NCBI RefSeq assembly: GCF_001194135.2
Contig: NC_068998.1
Location: forward strand, 50,867,321 to 50,931,320
Source of the DNA: Octopus bimaculoides
Lineage: Eukaryota
DNA length: 64,000 nt
Direction: 5' to 3'
Shown here: in pieces, positions 50,380-62,949 of the stretch
Position numbering within the stretch: position 1 is the stretch's first letter
Layout of the letters: each line of letters starts with the position of its first letter
Made by a program: the position numbers and the translations under genes
The notes under the pieces: generated by a model
Seen by the model: the letters and a program-made list of their open reading frames with translations, nothing else
Told to the model about the DNA's origin: nothing
The model's database searches: none

Positions 50380-50885
50380 GTGTGTGTGTGTGTGTGTGTG
50401 TGTTTGTGTGAGTGTGTGTGTGTACGAGTGCATGTGTGCATGCATGCATCTGTTTGTGTGCGAGAGTGTTTGTGTGCGGTGTGGGTTTTTATATGTTTGA
50501 GGGATTGTGTGTGTGTGTGTGTGTGTGTGCAAGTGTGTTTGTGTGCATGCATATGCTTGTGTGTGAGTGTGTGTATATGTGTGGTGTGTGTGTATATGTG
50601 TTTGCAAGAGTGTGTGCGTGTGTATGTGTCGTGTGTGTGTATGTATTGTGTGTGTGTATGTGTTTGCGAGAGTGTGTGTGTGTGTGTTTGTGAGTGTGTT
50701 TGGGTGTTTGTGCAAGTGTGTTTGTGTGCTTGCATGTATGTGTTTGTGTGTGTGTATATGTGTTTGCGAGATTATATGCATGTGTGCATGCATGAAGATT
50801 GTGTATGTTTGTGAGTGTGTTTCTGCATGCATGTGTGTGTGTGTGTGCATGTGTGTGTGTGCATGTGCATGTGTGTGCGTGTGTA
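50380..50885. repeat. Compound (GT)n-rich tract
   Basis: Directly visible. Confidence 0.9.
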
Positions 50886-51935
50886 TCAAATAACCATTAT
50901 TATTAATAAGACCAGCCATCTAGATTGGCAGCTCCAATATTTGCCTCTTGGTGATACTTACATAATTAGCTGCTTCCGTGACATTACACCTATGATGAGG
51001 GCGATGATGAGTGATGATGATGAGGTGGGGGAGGAGGAGGAGGAGGAAATGGAGAGGAGGGGGAAGAGGAGTGTAGTGATAGTGGAGCAGGTGGTGGTGG
51101 TGATAGCTTTGTTGATGATGACGATGATGATGACAATTGTAACTGTGGATGACAATGACGGTGGAAGCAGAAGAGGATAGCTAGTGGTGTTGGTGGTGGT
51201 GGTGGTGGTGGTGTTGGTGGTGGTGTTGGTGTTGGTGGTGGTGTTGGTGGTGGTGTTGGTGTTGGTGGTGGTGTTGGTGNNNNNNNNNNNNNNNNNNNNN
51301 NNNNNNNNNNNNNNNNNNNNNNNNNNNNNNNNNNNNNNNNNNNNNNNNNNNNNNNGTTGGTGGTGGTGGTGGTGGTGGTGGTGGTGGTGGTGGTGGTGGT
51401 GGTGGCAGAGATCTTGTTTGAGAGAGGCATTGATGATGATGGTAATGCTGATGGTGATGATGATGATGATGATGATGTTAATGATGATGAGGAGGAGAAG
51501 AAGCGAAATATGATATCTATTCGGACTGACATGATGATGGCAGTCTTGGCAGCGAAAGATGTCACATGGGAAAGATGTCATTTTTGGTGACCCTTTTACA
51601 TGTCGGGTTGCGTTAAAAAAAAAAATGGTAATAATAAAAATAATATTAATTCTAGAAAAATATCAAACAAATAAGACATTGCCATTTTTATCTCTTACTT
51701 GTTCCAGTCATTGGACAGCAGCCATGCATAGGAAGTGCTACCCTGCCTGCCTCAGGCAATGAGATGGCATCATTATGAAGGCTTAAACTGGTGGTACTCA
51801 ACCATTCTTTGCCTATGGAACCCATTCGATTCCTATTTTACTTGGATGAATCCTCCAAACCATTCCATGTTCAAAAAATTCCTAATAATATTTTCATAAT
51901 TAAATATTATTAAGAATTGTATAAAAAAAAATGAT

Positions 51936-52159
51936 TGATCCTTTAGCATTCAGATAATTCTGACAAATGTTAATTTATCCCAAGTTATTTTCATCTGATC
52001 ATTTATCATCTCATAGCTTTGCGATGCTGGTGATATGATTGTTTATTTTTTGATTGACCTTGTAGGAGAGGTGTGAAAGGTTGGATCTGGCCATTCTAAA
52101 CATAAAACAGTTGGAATATTTTGGCTGGGTATGGCTGGTTTGAATGCTAAAGGGTTTAA
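51936..52159 (+). mobile_element. piggyBac-like MITE (family E), both ends retained
   Basis: CCTTTAGCATT ... AATGCTAAAGGG terminal IRs. Confidence 0.75.
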
Positions 52160-52195
52160 ACTATTTTGTGCATTGTAGAAACATAACCAATTTAT

Positions 52196-52345
52196 ATTAT
52201 TTACATTTGATGGATATTTGTCCTCATCTTGTTTGTTGTAATCACGTTTCGGCTGATATACCCTCCAGCCTTCATCAGGTGTCTTGGGGAAATTTCAAAC
52301 CTGGGTTCTCATTTCTAAGGTATTTTCTTGATGTTATTATTATTG
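52196..52345 (-). mobile_element. Family G copy with hammerhead motif
   Basis: On minus: (AAT/AAC)n, the middle block shared with 29985-30029, GACAC-CTGATGAA-GGCTG-GAGGGTATAT-CAGCC-GAAAC-GTG, then the tail shared with 29820-29860. Confidence 0.8.
52243..52283 (-). ncRNA. Minimal type-I hammerhead-ribozyme motif (cleavage triplet degenerate in this copy)
   Basis: CTGATGA core, 5-bp stem II GGCTG/CAGCC, GAAAC and an ACGT palindrome. Confidence 0.6.
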
Positions 52346-52673
52346 TTGTTATTGTTGTTGTTGTTTTTTCATCTAAGTATTATCTTCCTTTCTACTTCCT
52401 TTTCTTTCTCAACAGTTACACCAGCGATGGCTCATTACATTATTTTCTGTAAACTAGAATTTTCATGTTCATATTTGAATTTTTCGTGTTTCAACTTTTC
52501 GCTGTTCTTTACTCATTCCAAAATTTGACGGACATTTAACGATATGTAACACTGAATCTCTAGTGAGACTTTTTTTAATTTTTTTATTTATTTATGTACC
52601 CAAAGACACCCAGAACAAGTCGAAACACGTCGTACTAAATAAAATCGTTTTTTTCCATCTATTCTATTAATAC

Positions 52674-52715
<42 letters not shown>

Positions 52716-53468
52716 NNNNNNNNNNNNNNNNNNNNNNNNNNNNNNNNNNNNNNNNNNNNNNNNNNNNNNNNNNNNNNNNNNNNNNNNNNNNNNNNNNNNN
52801 NNNNNNNNNNNNNNNNNNNNNNNNNNNNNNNNNNNNNNNNNNNNNNNNNNNNNNNNNNNNNNNNNNNNNNNNNNNNNNNNNNNNNNNNNNNNNNNNNNNN
52901 NNNNNNNNNNNNNNNNNNNNNNNNNNNNNNNNNNNNNNNNNNNNNNNNNNNNNNNNNNNNNNNNNNNNNNNNNNNNNNNNNNNNNNNNNNNNNNNNNNNN
53001 NNNNNNNNNNNNNNNNNNNNNNNNNNNNNNNNNNNNNNNNATATATATATATATATATATATATATAGTGTGTGTGTCTGTGTGTGTGTAAATGTAATGT
53101 ATGCGATTGAAATTGCAAAGAACTGTATTAACAGAATTCTGTAGCATTTACAGATACTAAATAGTTTAGTTTCCAAAGAGTGGTTAGAATTAACCAAAAT
53201 GGATATTCTTTGCTAAAATAATGAATCAATGAAATAAAAATTATTGGTTCTACATTTATCTATATAACTCATATAGATTCCTCTTCAGAGTTTAATGGCA
53301 ATGATTATTGATTCGTTTCCCATGCTGTTACTTGTCTGCCTGTTTGTCTATATATGTATATCATCATCATCGTCATTTAACGTCCGCTTTCCATGCTAGC
53401 ATGGGATGGACGATTTGACTGAGGACTGGTGAAACCAGATGGCTACACCAGCCTCCAATCTGATTATA

Positions 53469-53684
53469 TACTCTTTTACTCTTTTACTTGTTTCAGTCTT
53501 TTGACTGTGGCCATGCTGGAGCACCGCCTTTTAGTCGAGCAAATTGACCCCAGGACTTATTCTTTAGAAGCCTAGTACTTATTCTATTGGTCTCTTTTGC
53601 CGAACCGCTAAGTTACGGGGACATAAACACACCAACATCGGTTGTCAAGCGATGCTGGGGGGACAAACACACACATACAAACAT

Positions 53685-53727
<43 letters not shown>

Positions 53728-53881
53728 CGACGGGCTTCTTTCAGTTTCCGTCTACCAAATCCACTCACAAGGCTTTGGTCGGCCTGAGGCTATAGTAGAA
53801 GACACTTGCCCAAGATGCCGCGCAGTGGGACTGAACCCGGGACCATGTGGTTGGTAAGCTAGCTACTTACCACACAGCCAC
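53469..53881 (-). mobile_element. SINE family A, full-length young copy, directly after a truncated family C copy (53365-53463)
   Basis: Near identical to 18121-18542. Confidence 0.9.
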
Positions 53882-53914
53882 TATATATATATATATATTG
53901 TTTTGTTTGTTTAC

Positions 53915-54115
53915 TTGTTTCAGTCTTTTGACTGTGGCCATGCTGGAAGCACCACTTTTAGTCAAACAAATCGAGCCAAGGATTTATTCGTTGTAAGCCT
54001 ATTCTCTTTGGCTGAACTGCTGAGCTTTGGAGACACGCCAACACGCTAAACATGCCAACATCAGTTGTCAAATGATGTTGGGGGGACAAATACAGACACA
54101 CAAACATATACATAT

Positions 54116-54167
<52 letters not shown>

Positions 54168-54260
54168 GACGGGCTTTTTTCAGATTCCATCTACCAAATC
54201 CACTCACAAGGCTTTGGTCAGCCACGGAGTGGGACTGAACCCGGAACCATGTGGTTGGGA
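53915..54260 (-). mobile_element. SINE family A, tandem older copy
   Basis: Both modules with an internal deletion. Confidence 0.8.
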
Positions 54261-54454
54261 AAATTTAATTCTGACGATGCTGTAAAACAGGCCTTCCAAG
54301 ATTTTATTAACTCTAGATTGGCAGGCTTTTGCAGTTCTGGGCTGGACAAGCTACAGCTGAATGGCAATAGTGTATTGATGATATGGGTGCATACTTTGAT
54401 GAATAAAACTATTGTTGTTCTTTTCTACAAAATTTCATACTTGAGGACCTGATA
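54261..54454 (+). pseudogene. mariner transposase C-terminal fragment and probable right TIR
   Basis: KFNSDDAVKQAFQDFINSRLAGFCSSGLDKL, then frameshift WQ*CIDDMGAYFDE*; resembles mariner F...GI.KL..RW.KC...G.YF. Confidence 0.75.
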
Positions 54455-54534
54455 TAAGTGCTATGGGCATTGTAAATATAAATGTTACTGCGTCAAATAT
54501 AAAAGGTCAAAGTTTAAGTTCAGTAAATGGAGCT

Positions 54535-54614
54535 GTTATTGGTTAGTCCATTATCTGTAGATACAAAGAGGTAGATGGTTATTGGTTATTCCATTATGTG
54601 TAGATACAAAGAGG
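54535..54614. repeat. 43-bp-period tandem duplication
   Basis: GTTATTGGTTA(G/T)TCCATTAT(C/G)TGTAGATACAAAGAGG twice. Confidence 0.85.
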
Positions 54615-55124
54615 GACAGCAGTATGCAAGTCTTCTGGTACAGAAGTGAGGCACAGCCCTGTCGGTGTTTTTGGTAGAAGAGAAGAGATTTCCAGTATTG
54701 GTGGTGGGGGTGGGAATGGGTGGGCACATCGCAAACAAGCAATGGCCAGCATCGCCACACACAAAGAGATAGAGAGAGAGAGAGAGAGATAGCAGCAAGG
54801 GGCTTGAGGCCTTTAGCAAGATGAGGATAATAGCAATGTATGGAAACACAAGGGGGAAAACTATATACCTATCATATATACACATGAAAATATTTATATT
54901 CACATGTATATTTTATACATTCATGTACATGTATAAGTGTATGCCCATACGTAATATTCGAGCGAGGTTGTTGCCAGTTACGCTGCACTGGCTCCTGTGC
55001 AGGTGGCACATAAAAAATACCATTTTGAGCATGGCCGTTGCCAGTACTGCCAGACGGCCCTCGTGCCGGTGGCATGTAAAAGCACCCACTAAGGAAGACA
55101 GAGATTTTAGTTAGCATGATGTGT

Positions 55125-55580
55125 GTCTCATCAAGTACAGCAAACCTCTGCATTTCCTAGTCCCTTGTCATTTCTTTGGTGAGGCTCAGCATTTGAAGAT
55201 CCTTTCTCATCACTTTGTCTCACATCTTCCTGGGTATATCTCTTCCACAGGTACCTTCCACAATTAGAGCATGGCACTTCTTTACACAGCTGTCCTCATC
55301 CGTACGCATCACATGACCAAACCAGCACAGTCGTCTATCTTGCGCACAACATCAAATGCCTCTTATACCCAGCTTTCCTCTTAAATCATTTAAACTCTGT
55401 CATGCACGCACACTGACATTAGTCATCCAGTGGAGCATGTCAGCTTCATTTCTTTCAAGTCTTCACAAGTCCTCTGTAATCAAAGCTCATATTTCATTGC
55501 CATGTAACATAGCTGTATGTACACAGACATCATACAACCTGCTTTCCATTCTGAGGGAGAGGCCCTTAGTTACCAACAAA
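55125..55580 (-). pseudogene. RTE LINE ORF C-terminal fragment
   Basis: LLVTKGLSLRMESRLYDVCVHTAMLHGNEI*ALITEDL*RLERNEADMLHWMTNVSV...; RTE-type LY...V...MLHG.E.W...LERNE..MLRW.C pattern with stops and frameshifts. Confidence 0.8.
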
Positions 55581-55708
55581 ATTTTTTCAGGTGTTCAATT
55601 AAAATTTCACCAACATGAATTACCCTGATAATGTAGTGTTGACATTAACTTTCATACATAATATTATTAATTTTAATATTACGTATGTATATGTGTGTGT
55701 GTGCATGC

Positions 55709-55752
<44 letters not shown>

Positions 55753-55806
55753 ATATGTATGTATATGTTAATATTTTATCGTACATATTCACACACACAA
55801 ATACCT

Positions 55807-56185
55807 GTTGTTGTTGTTGGCACTCCGTCGCTTACGACGTCGAGGGTTCCAGTTGATCCAAGCAACGGAACAGCCTGTTCGTAAAATTAATGTGCAAGTG
55901 GTTGAGCACTCCACAGACACGTGTACCCTTAACGTAGTTCTCGGGGATATTCAGCGTGACAAGGCTGACCCTTTGAATTACAGGCACAACAGAAACAGGA
56001 AGTAAGAGTGAGAGAAAGTTGTGGTGAAAGAATACAGCAGGGTTCGCCACCATCCCCTGCCGGAGCCTCGTGGAACTTTAGGTGTTTTCGCTCAATAAAC
56101 ACTCACAATACCCGGTCTAGGAATTGAAACCGCGATCCTGTGACCGCGAGTCCGCTGCCCTAACCACTGGGCCATTGCGCCTCCA
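55807..56185 (-). mobile_element. SINE family K, full length, tRNA-like head and (AAC)n tail
   Basis: On minus: GGAGGCGCAATGGCCCAGTGGTTAGGGCAGCGGACTCGCGG (A box) and GGTTTCAATTCC (B box). Confidence 0.85.
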
Positions 56186-56654
56186 CACACAAATACCTGT
56201 ATACATACACACACACACACACATATATGCTCACACAGAATACATATGTGTGTGTGTGATAAATTTTAAACCCATGCCTTCACTTGTCAGGTCATGTCAA
56301 CCTTTATTTCTTTATTATCTGTACAGAGACAAAAACCCTGTCTAAACTCATTCAGTCCCTCATTCACAGCAAGAAAAACTCCTGCTCTTCTCTGGCCTTC
56401 AGCTTTCGTGCACCACAAAAGCCTCAATGAAAGGAAACTTGATAAAATGTAAAGCAATGGGTGAGCATTTCTAAAGTCTATTGAAATTAATAAGAAAGGA
56501 GACACTTTGGCAGGAAATTATAGGAGACTAAATGTACAGAATTGATCCATGCATGAAGGAAACACAATGAGTCAGTGACAACATAAAGTAGTTGGAGGAT
56601 CTGAACTTCATGCTTATATACAGGAAGATAAATATATAGATATAGTTTTTTAAA

Positions 56655-56873
56655 CATTTACTTGTTTCAGTGATCAGACTTTGGCCATGTTGGGACACAG
56701 TCTTGACGAATTTCTAGTTGAATGTATTGATCCCAAGATTTATTTTTGTTCTAAAGCCTGGTACTTGTTCTATCGATCACTTTTGCCAAACTGCTAATAA
56801 TTCGGGGACATAAACACACCAACACCGGTTGTCTTGTGGCAGTAAGGCAACAACATAGACATAAACACACATG

Positions 56874-56917
<44 letters not shown>

Positions 56918-57080
56918 TATACACAACAGGCTTCTTTCAGTTTCCGTCAACCAAATCTACTCACAAGGCTCTGGTCAGCCCAAGGCTATAGTAGAAGACA
57001 CTCGCCCAACGTGTCATGAAGTGGGACTTGAACAGTGAACCATAGTGTTCAAAAGCAAGCGTCTAACCACACAGCCACGC
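56655..57080 (-). mobile_element. SINE family A
   Basis: Both modules plus internal (TA)n. Confidence 0.8.
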
Positions 57081-57321
57081 AAACAGCTTCCCTTCCCCCC
57101 ATATACATATACATATATATAGACAGACAGATAGACAAATAACTATTTATATAAATATGCAGTCAGGAACACTCTCACAAATGCAATCACTATTAAAAAC
57201 AAGAATATTTATAAACATAGTGTGAATATTTACATCATAGTGCGTGTGTGTGTGTATTTATATATATATATCATCATCATCATCATTTAACCCTCTAATT
57301 TCCACACCGACATGGGATGGA

Positions 57322-57381
<60 letters not shown>

Positions 57382-57568
57382 TACACACACACACATACAC
57401 ATATATACATATACACACACACATATATATACATACATACACACACACACATATATCAAAGTTAGAAAAGAAAAAAAACAATGAATGGAAACCGTCAAAA
57501 CACAAGGTGCACGTAAAGGGTGAATGCACGACAATGGCAAACAGGACAAACCAAGACACACGGCTCTC

Positions 57569-58554
57569 GGTTGATATGTAGGGACATTGTGCCTCAGGCT
57601 TTTGAGTAAAAATCTGACCAGAATTGTAAATCGAACACTTGCAAGACAGTGAACTCAACTCAAGACACCCCCAGATAATCAGGTGGTGGTGGTGGCTGTG
57701 GTGATAGTGGTGGTTATAGTGATGGTCTTCGTGGTGGTGATGGTGGTGGTGGTGGTGGTGGTGGTGGAGTTGGCAGTGTTAAACCATGCAAAGAAATTAT
57801 GCCATGTGTTGCTTCAAGAAATGTGCTTCTGTTAAGAGATAAGTAGAACCTGGTATGTGTTAATTGCCAGATTGCGTTGACATGCAGGAATAACCAATAA
57901 CTGTGCTGGTTTTTGGTGATATAAGAAATAGCGTTGTTAAAATACAAACATGGATAATAAGGAAAGTAACGAAGCAAATTCTACTAATTACACTAATTAA
58001 CCAAAAAAAAAAACAGAAGAAAAGAAAAAAAAAATTGAAGTAAATGAAGCTTTTGAGAGGAGTGAATTAGCAAAGCATTGGACAAAATGCTTCGCAATGT
58101 CTATTAAAATTAGGGTGGCGAGCTACCAGAATCGTTAGCACATTGGGCAAAATACTTAAAGGTATTTCGTCTGTCTTCATTCTGAATTCAAATGCCATCA
58201 TGGTCGACTTTACCGTTTATCCTCTTCCAGTTATTCCTCACCAATCTACAGGTGCATGCTCAGAACAAGCCTCTTCTCCCTGACTATGTCTACTGTCCTC
58301 ATCCACCTTTTAACAGGGTGATAACACTTCCTTCTCCATTTTCAATGACGGTGCAACATTTTAGGGTTTTTAAAGCTTGAGGCCACTTTTTAGTTGATGA
58401 AGTGAAGGGGATTAAAAAAAAAAAGAAAACATGTCATGGGTTGATGCTGTAGGGACATTGTGCATCAGGATTTTGATTAATAATCTGAGCAGAATTGTAG
58501 ATCGAACACTTGCAAGATAATGAACTCAAATCAAGACACCCCGGAGAATCAGGT
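57569..58554. repeat. 116-bp direct repeat pair (57569-57684 and 58439-58554)
   Basis: 90-bp indel-free core with 9 differences. Confidence 0.9.
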
Positions 58555-60038
58555 ACCAGTTAAATACTGAGGTTGATACAACTGACATTCCCCTCCCTCA
58601 AAATTGCTGGCCTTGTGCCAAAATGTGAAACCAATATTTATTAAAACTAAAGCAGTCAGCAAGCAGAATCCCTACTGTACCATGAAAAGTGCTAAGTGGC
58701 ATTTTGCCCATTTTTATATTCATGGTTCAAATTCCAGTGGGGTCGATTTTTGCCTTTCATCCTCTTGATCCTGCAGGTCATAAAAAGACTTTCTAGCCGT
58801 GACCATCCCGTTTATATTTATTTTAATCAAGCACTGTCACATCAATTATATTATCTAATGTTCTGTATTTGTTTTAATTAGGATAGGTTGATTTGAGGGA
58901 TATTTGGCTACCATTTCTAGAATGGTACAAACAGCTGAATAAAGCTTCTGGAATCTGTAAACAAAATACCAATAATACAATATTTCTCCTTTATAAACTT
59001 GTGTATTTTGCTGAAGTTCAATCCCAGAACAGTCCTCGTCGAAAGAAATATCTGTCGATCAAAAGCATTCTAACTGTGACCATCCAGTCGGTTTTGAAAA
59101 ACACTGGAATTTATTATCTAAATTACCCTTTTCATTAGTAAGACTGTAGTATATGATTTGAGAGAAATTTGGCTGCTATTTCAAGCAGTCGAGCAGACCG
59201 CATCGAAGCATCCTCATTCATGCTTACGCATGTGCGTGTTTATGTGTCTGTGTGTGCACGAGTGTGTGTGCACGAGTGTGTGAGCGTTTGTGTCTGTGAG
59301 CCAGCGTTTGCGGGTGTTGTCAGGGTCACCACCGACATTTGACCCCATTTTACATGTCACCTCGTTTAGGGAAGAAAACCTACCTTATTTACTACTGACA
59401 CCCCACAAGAGCAGCAAACATGGGAGGAAGCTACATTTATGATCAGATGCGGTGGTTTAGCAGCTGATCGGTCATTCATGGAGTCACACCAGAATTTGAT
59501 CCCCATTTTCTAGTCAACGTCGCCAACACCAGACTTTATTGTATCGGACACTCACCTTAATTCAAGCTACCGCCACGGAGAGCCAACAGACGAAGAAGCC
59601 CTATACGTGATCGCTTGAGATGCTAGAAATAGCAGCCGAATGTCTGTCTTGGACAAGCTTATACACACACACATGTACACATATACACACATATACATAT
59701 ATACACACACATGTACACATATACACACATATACATATATACACACGTATACGTACATTTTTGTATCATGAGTGTGTTAAATTAATAGGGCATAAAAGAG
59801 AATGACTCGCCCCAGACACAATAAAATATGCTTCAACACACGAGTTCACATAAAGAATCTTGCAAACCAAATACAAAAACAAAATTTTAAAAAAACAATT
59901 TACATTAAACTAGAGTACATCGTAAATAGATAACCAGTAACTTCGAAGTTTCGGTTTGTTTAGCCTTCATCGAATTATATACATACATATGTACACACTG
60001 AATATACACGCATACATACATTAGATACATAAACAGAT

Positions 60039-60094
<56 letters not shown>

Positions 60095-60139
60095 CAGATA
60101 GACAGATAGATAGATAGATAGATAGATAGGTACGTAGAC

Positions 60140-60195
<56 letters not shown>

Positions 60196-60534
60196 TGATT
60201 GACACGATGTGTGAATAAAAAATGGGATGGTTTATGATTTGAACCTATTTAACTTTAAGTGTTTCTTTCAACAGAACTGACATGGGACACAGAGCCACAA
60301 AGTAACACCAATCACATCGCTTGTCTCATGCCCTAAATAAGACCGGGCAACGAACAAGATTTAGGATAAAAGACAAACACAGAGAAAATATGATATGACA
60401 ATAATACCACTTCACTTTATCACAGGGGCGTTGAGCAGCTGTTTAGATAACATTAACAGGCGGAAAACTTTAAGCAGAAGTATACAAAAAATATCCTGAA
60501 CGCGTCTGAGACCCCTTCAGTATAATCATTTTAT

Positions 60535-60885
60535 TTTTTTATTTGTTTCAGTCAATGGGCTGTGGCCATGCTGGGGCACCACCCTGAAGAGTTTAGTCGA
60601 ACAAATCGACCCCAGGACTTATTCTTTGCAAGCCTTAGTCCTAATTCTATCGGTCTGTTTTCTCGAAACTGCTAAGTTACAGGGATGGGGCGGGGACAAA
60701 CACAGACACACAAACATATACATATATATACGAGGGGCTTCTTTCAGTTTCCGTATACTAAATTCACTCACAAGGCTCTGGTTGGCTCGAAGCTATAGTA
60801 GAAGACACTTGCCCAAGGTACTATGAAGTGGGACTGAACCCGGAAGCATGTGGTTGGGAAGCGAGCTTTTCACTACACAGCCACA
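60535..60885 (-). mobile_element. SINE family A
   Basis: Both modules recognisable. Confidence 0.8.
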
Positions 60886-61640
60886 CCAATATATATATAT
60901 ATATATATACTTTTCTACTCTTGGCACAAGGCCCGAAATTNNNNNNNNNNNNNNNNNNNNNNNNNNNNNNNNNNNNNNNNNNNNNNNNNNNNNNNNNNNN
61001 NNNNNNNNNNNNNNNNNNNNNNNNNNNNNNNNNNNNNNNNNNNNNNNNNNNNNNNNNNNNNNNNNNNNNNNNNNNNNNNNNNNNNNNNNNNNNNNNNNNN
61101 NNNNNNNNNNNNNNNNNNNNNNNNNNNNNNNNATATATATAGGTCGACTGCGCGGTGAGATCGAACTCAAAACCATGTGCCTAATAGAAACAGCTTCCAC
61201 AGTATCCCATGAATGGTAACTGATATATACCGCGTGGTATTGAGATAACTTTCTTCACTGCTGATCCCTAAAAAAAAAATTGGCGGTTTCTCATTTAGGG
61301 ACTTCCTTATGTATGCAGTCCTATATATTTTTTATTACTGTGTATTCTGTAGGGTTGGTTTAATATCATTCGATTTTTCTGTCACCCTTATCGCAGATTT
61401 TGCAGATCCTAATCCGTCAAATGCCGTTTTTGTGGTGTTAATAGTGAAAGGCGATTTGTTACTTAACTTCCACGTTTTTAGCAACAGGGGATGTGTGTGT
61501 GTGTGTGTGTGGAAATATATGATGTAGAGATATGTAAGGGTATGTAGTATATACATATATATTTATTTGTTTTTCTATGTAAGTATACGTATAATGTATG
61601 TAAAATACATGTATATACCAGCATACATACATTAGATACA

Positions 61641-61696
<56 letters not shown>

Positions 61697-61974
61697 TAAA
61701 CAGATAGATAGATAGATAGATAAGTACATAGACATATATATATATACACACATATATATATATACTGTAGTGACTTGCTTTGTTTGGGTTAGTTAAGGAA
61801 AGTTGACGCCTCTCATTCACCCTGTCTTTTAAAACTTCTGTTTGGCAAAAACAGAAACATACGACACAAAAAAACTTGTATTTCCGTACACACACACACC
61901 CAAGTGTGTATGAATGTATTTACAAATGTATATATATATTATGTGTATATTTGGGTGACTGTCTGTGTTTATGC

Positions 61975-62047
<73 letters not shown>

Positions 62048-62949
62048 NNNNNNNNNNNNNNNNNNNNNNNNNNNNNNNNNNNNNNNNNNNNNNNNNNNNN
62101 NNNNNNNNNNNNNNNNNNNNNNNNNNNNNNNNNNNNNNNNNNNNNNNNNNNNNNNNNNNNNNNNNNNNNNNNNNNNNNNNNNNNNNNNNNNNNNNNNNNN
62201 NNNNNNNNNNNNNNNNNNNNNNNNNNNNNNNNNNNNNNNNNNNNNNNNNNNNNNNNNNNNNNNNNNNNNNNNNNNNNNNNNNNNNNNNNNNNNNNNNNNN
62301 NNNNNNNNNNNNNNNNNNNNNNNNNNNNNNNNNNNNNNNNNNNNNNNNNNNNNNNNNNNNNNNNNNNNNNNNNNNNNNNNNNNNNNNNNNNNNNNNNNNN
62401 NNNNNNNNNNNNNNNNNNNNNNNNNNNNNNNNNNNNNNNNNNNNNNNNNNNNNNNNNNNNNNNNNNNNNNNNNNNNNNNNNNNNNNNNNNNNNNNNNNNN
62501 NNNNNNNNNNNNNNNNNNNNNNNNNNNNNNNNNNNNNNNNNNNNNNNNNNNNNNNNNNNNNNNNNNNNNNNNNNNNNNNNNNNNNNNNNNNNNNNNNNNN
62601 NNNNNNNNNNNNNNNNNNNNNNNNNNNNNNNNNNNNNNNNNNNNNNNNNNNNNNNNNNNNNNNNNNNNNNNNNNNNNNNNNNNNNNNNNNNNNNNNNNNN
62701 NNNNNNNNNNNNNNNNNNNNNNNNNNNNNNGTATGTATGTATGTATGTATGTATGTGTATGTATGTATGTGTGTGTATGTATGTGTGTATGTATTATGTA
62801 TGTATGTATGTGTGTGTGTATGTATGGAGAGAGAGTTACAATCTCTTATCCTTCAAACATACCATCATTCAATCGCGCGCACACACACACACTTACATAT
62901 ATGTATGTATATATATATGTCTATTTATATATATACACAAACATTAATA

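Noticed and set aside
50015-50446. 103-bp direct repeat
   Set aside because: Identical copies sit on either side of an N gap; likely a scaffolding artefact
56331-56460. Plus-strand exon with good acceptor and G|GTGAGC donor
   Set aside because: Stops in all three frames; could only be non-coding and has no other support
59942-59974. Degenerate hammerhead-like motif on minus (CGATGAAGG...CCGAAAC)
   Set aside because: Core lacks CUG, stem II is only 2 bp and there is no stem III; at most a relic
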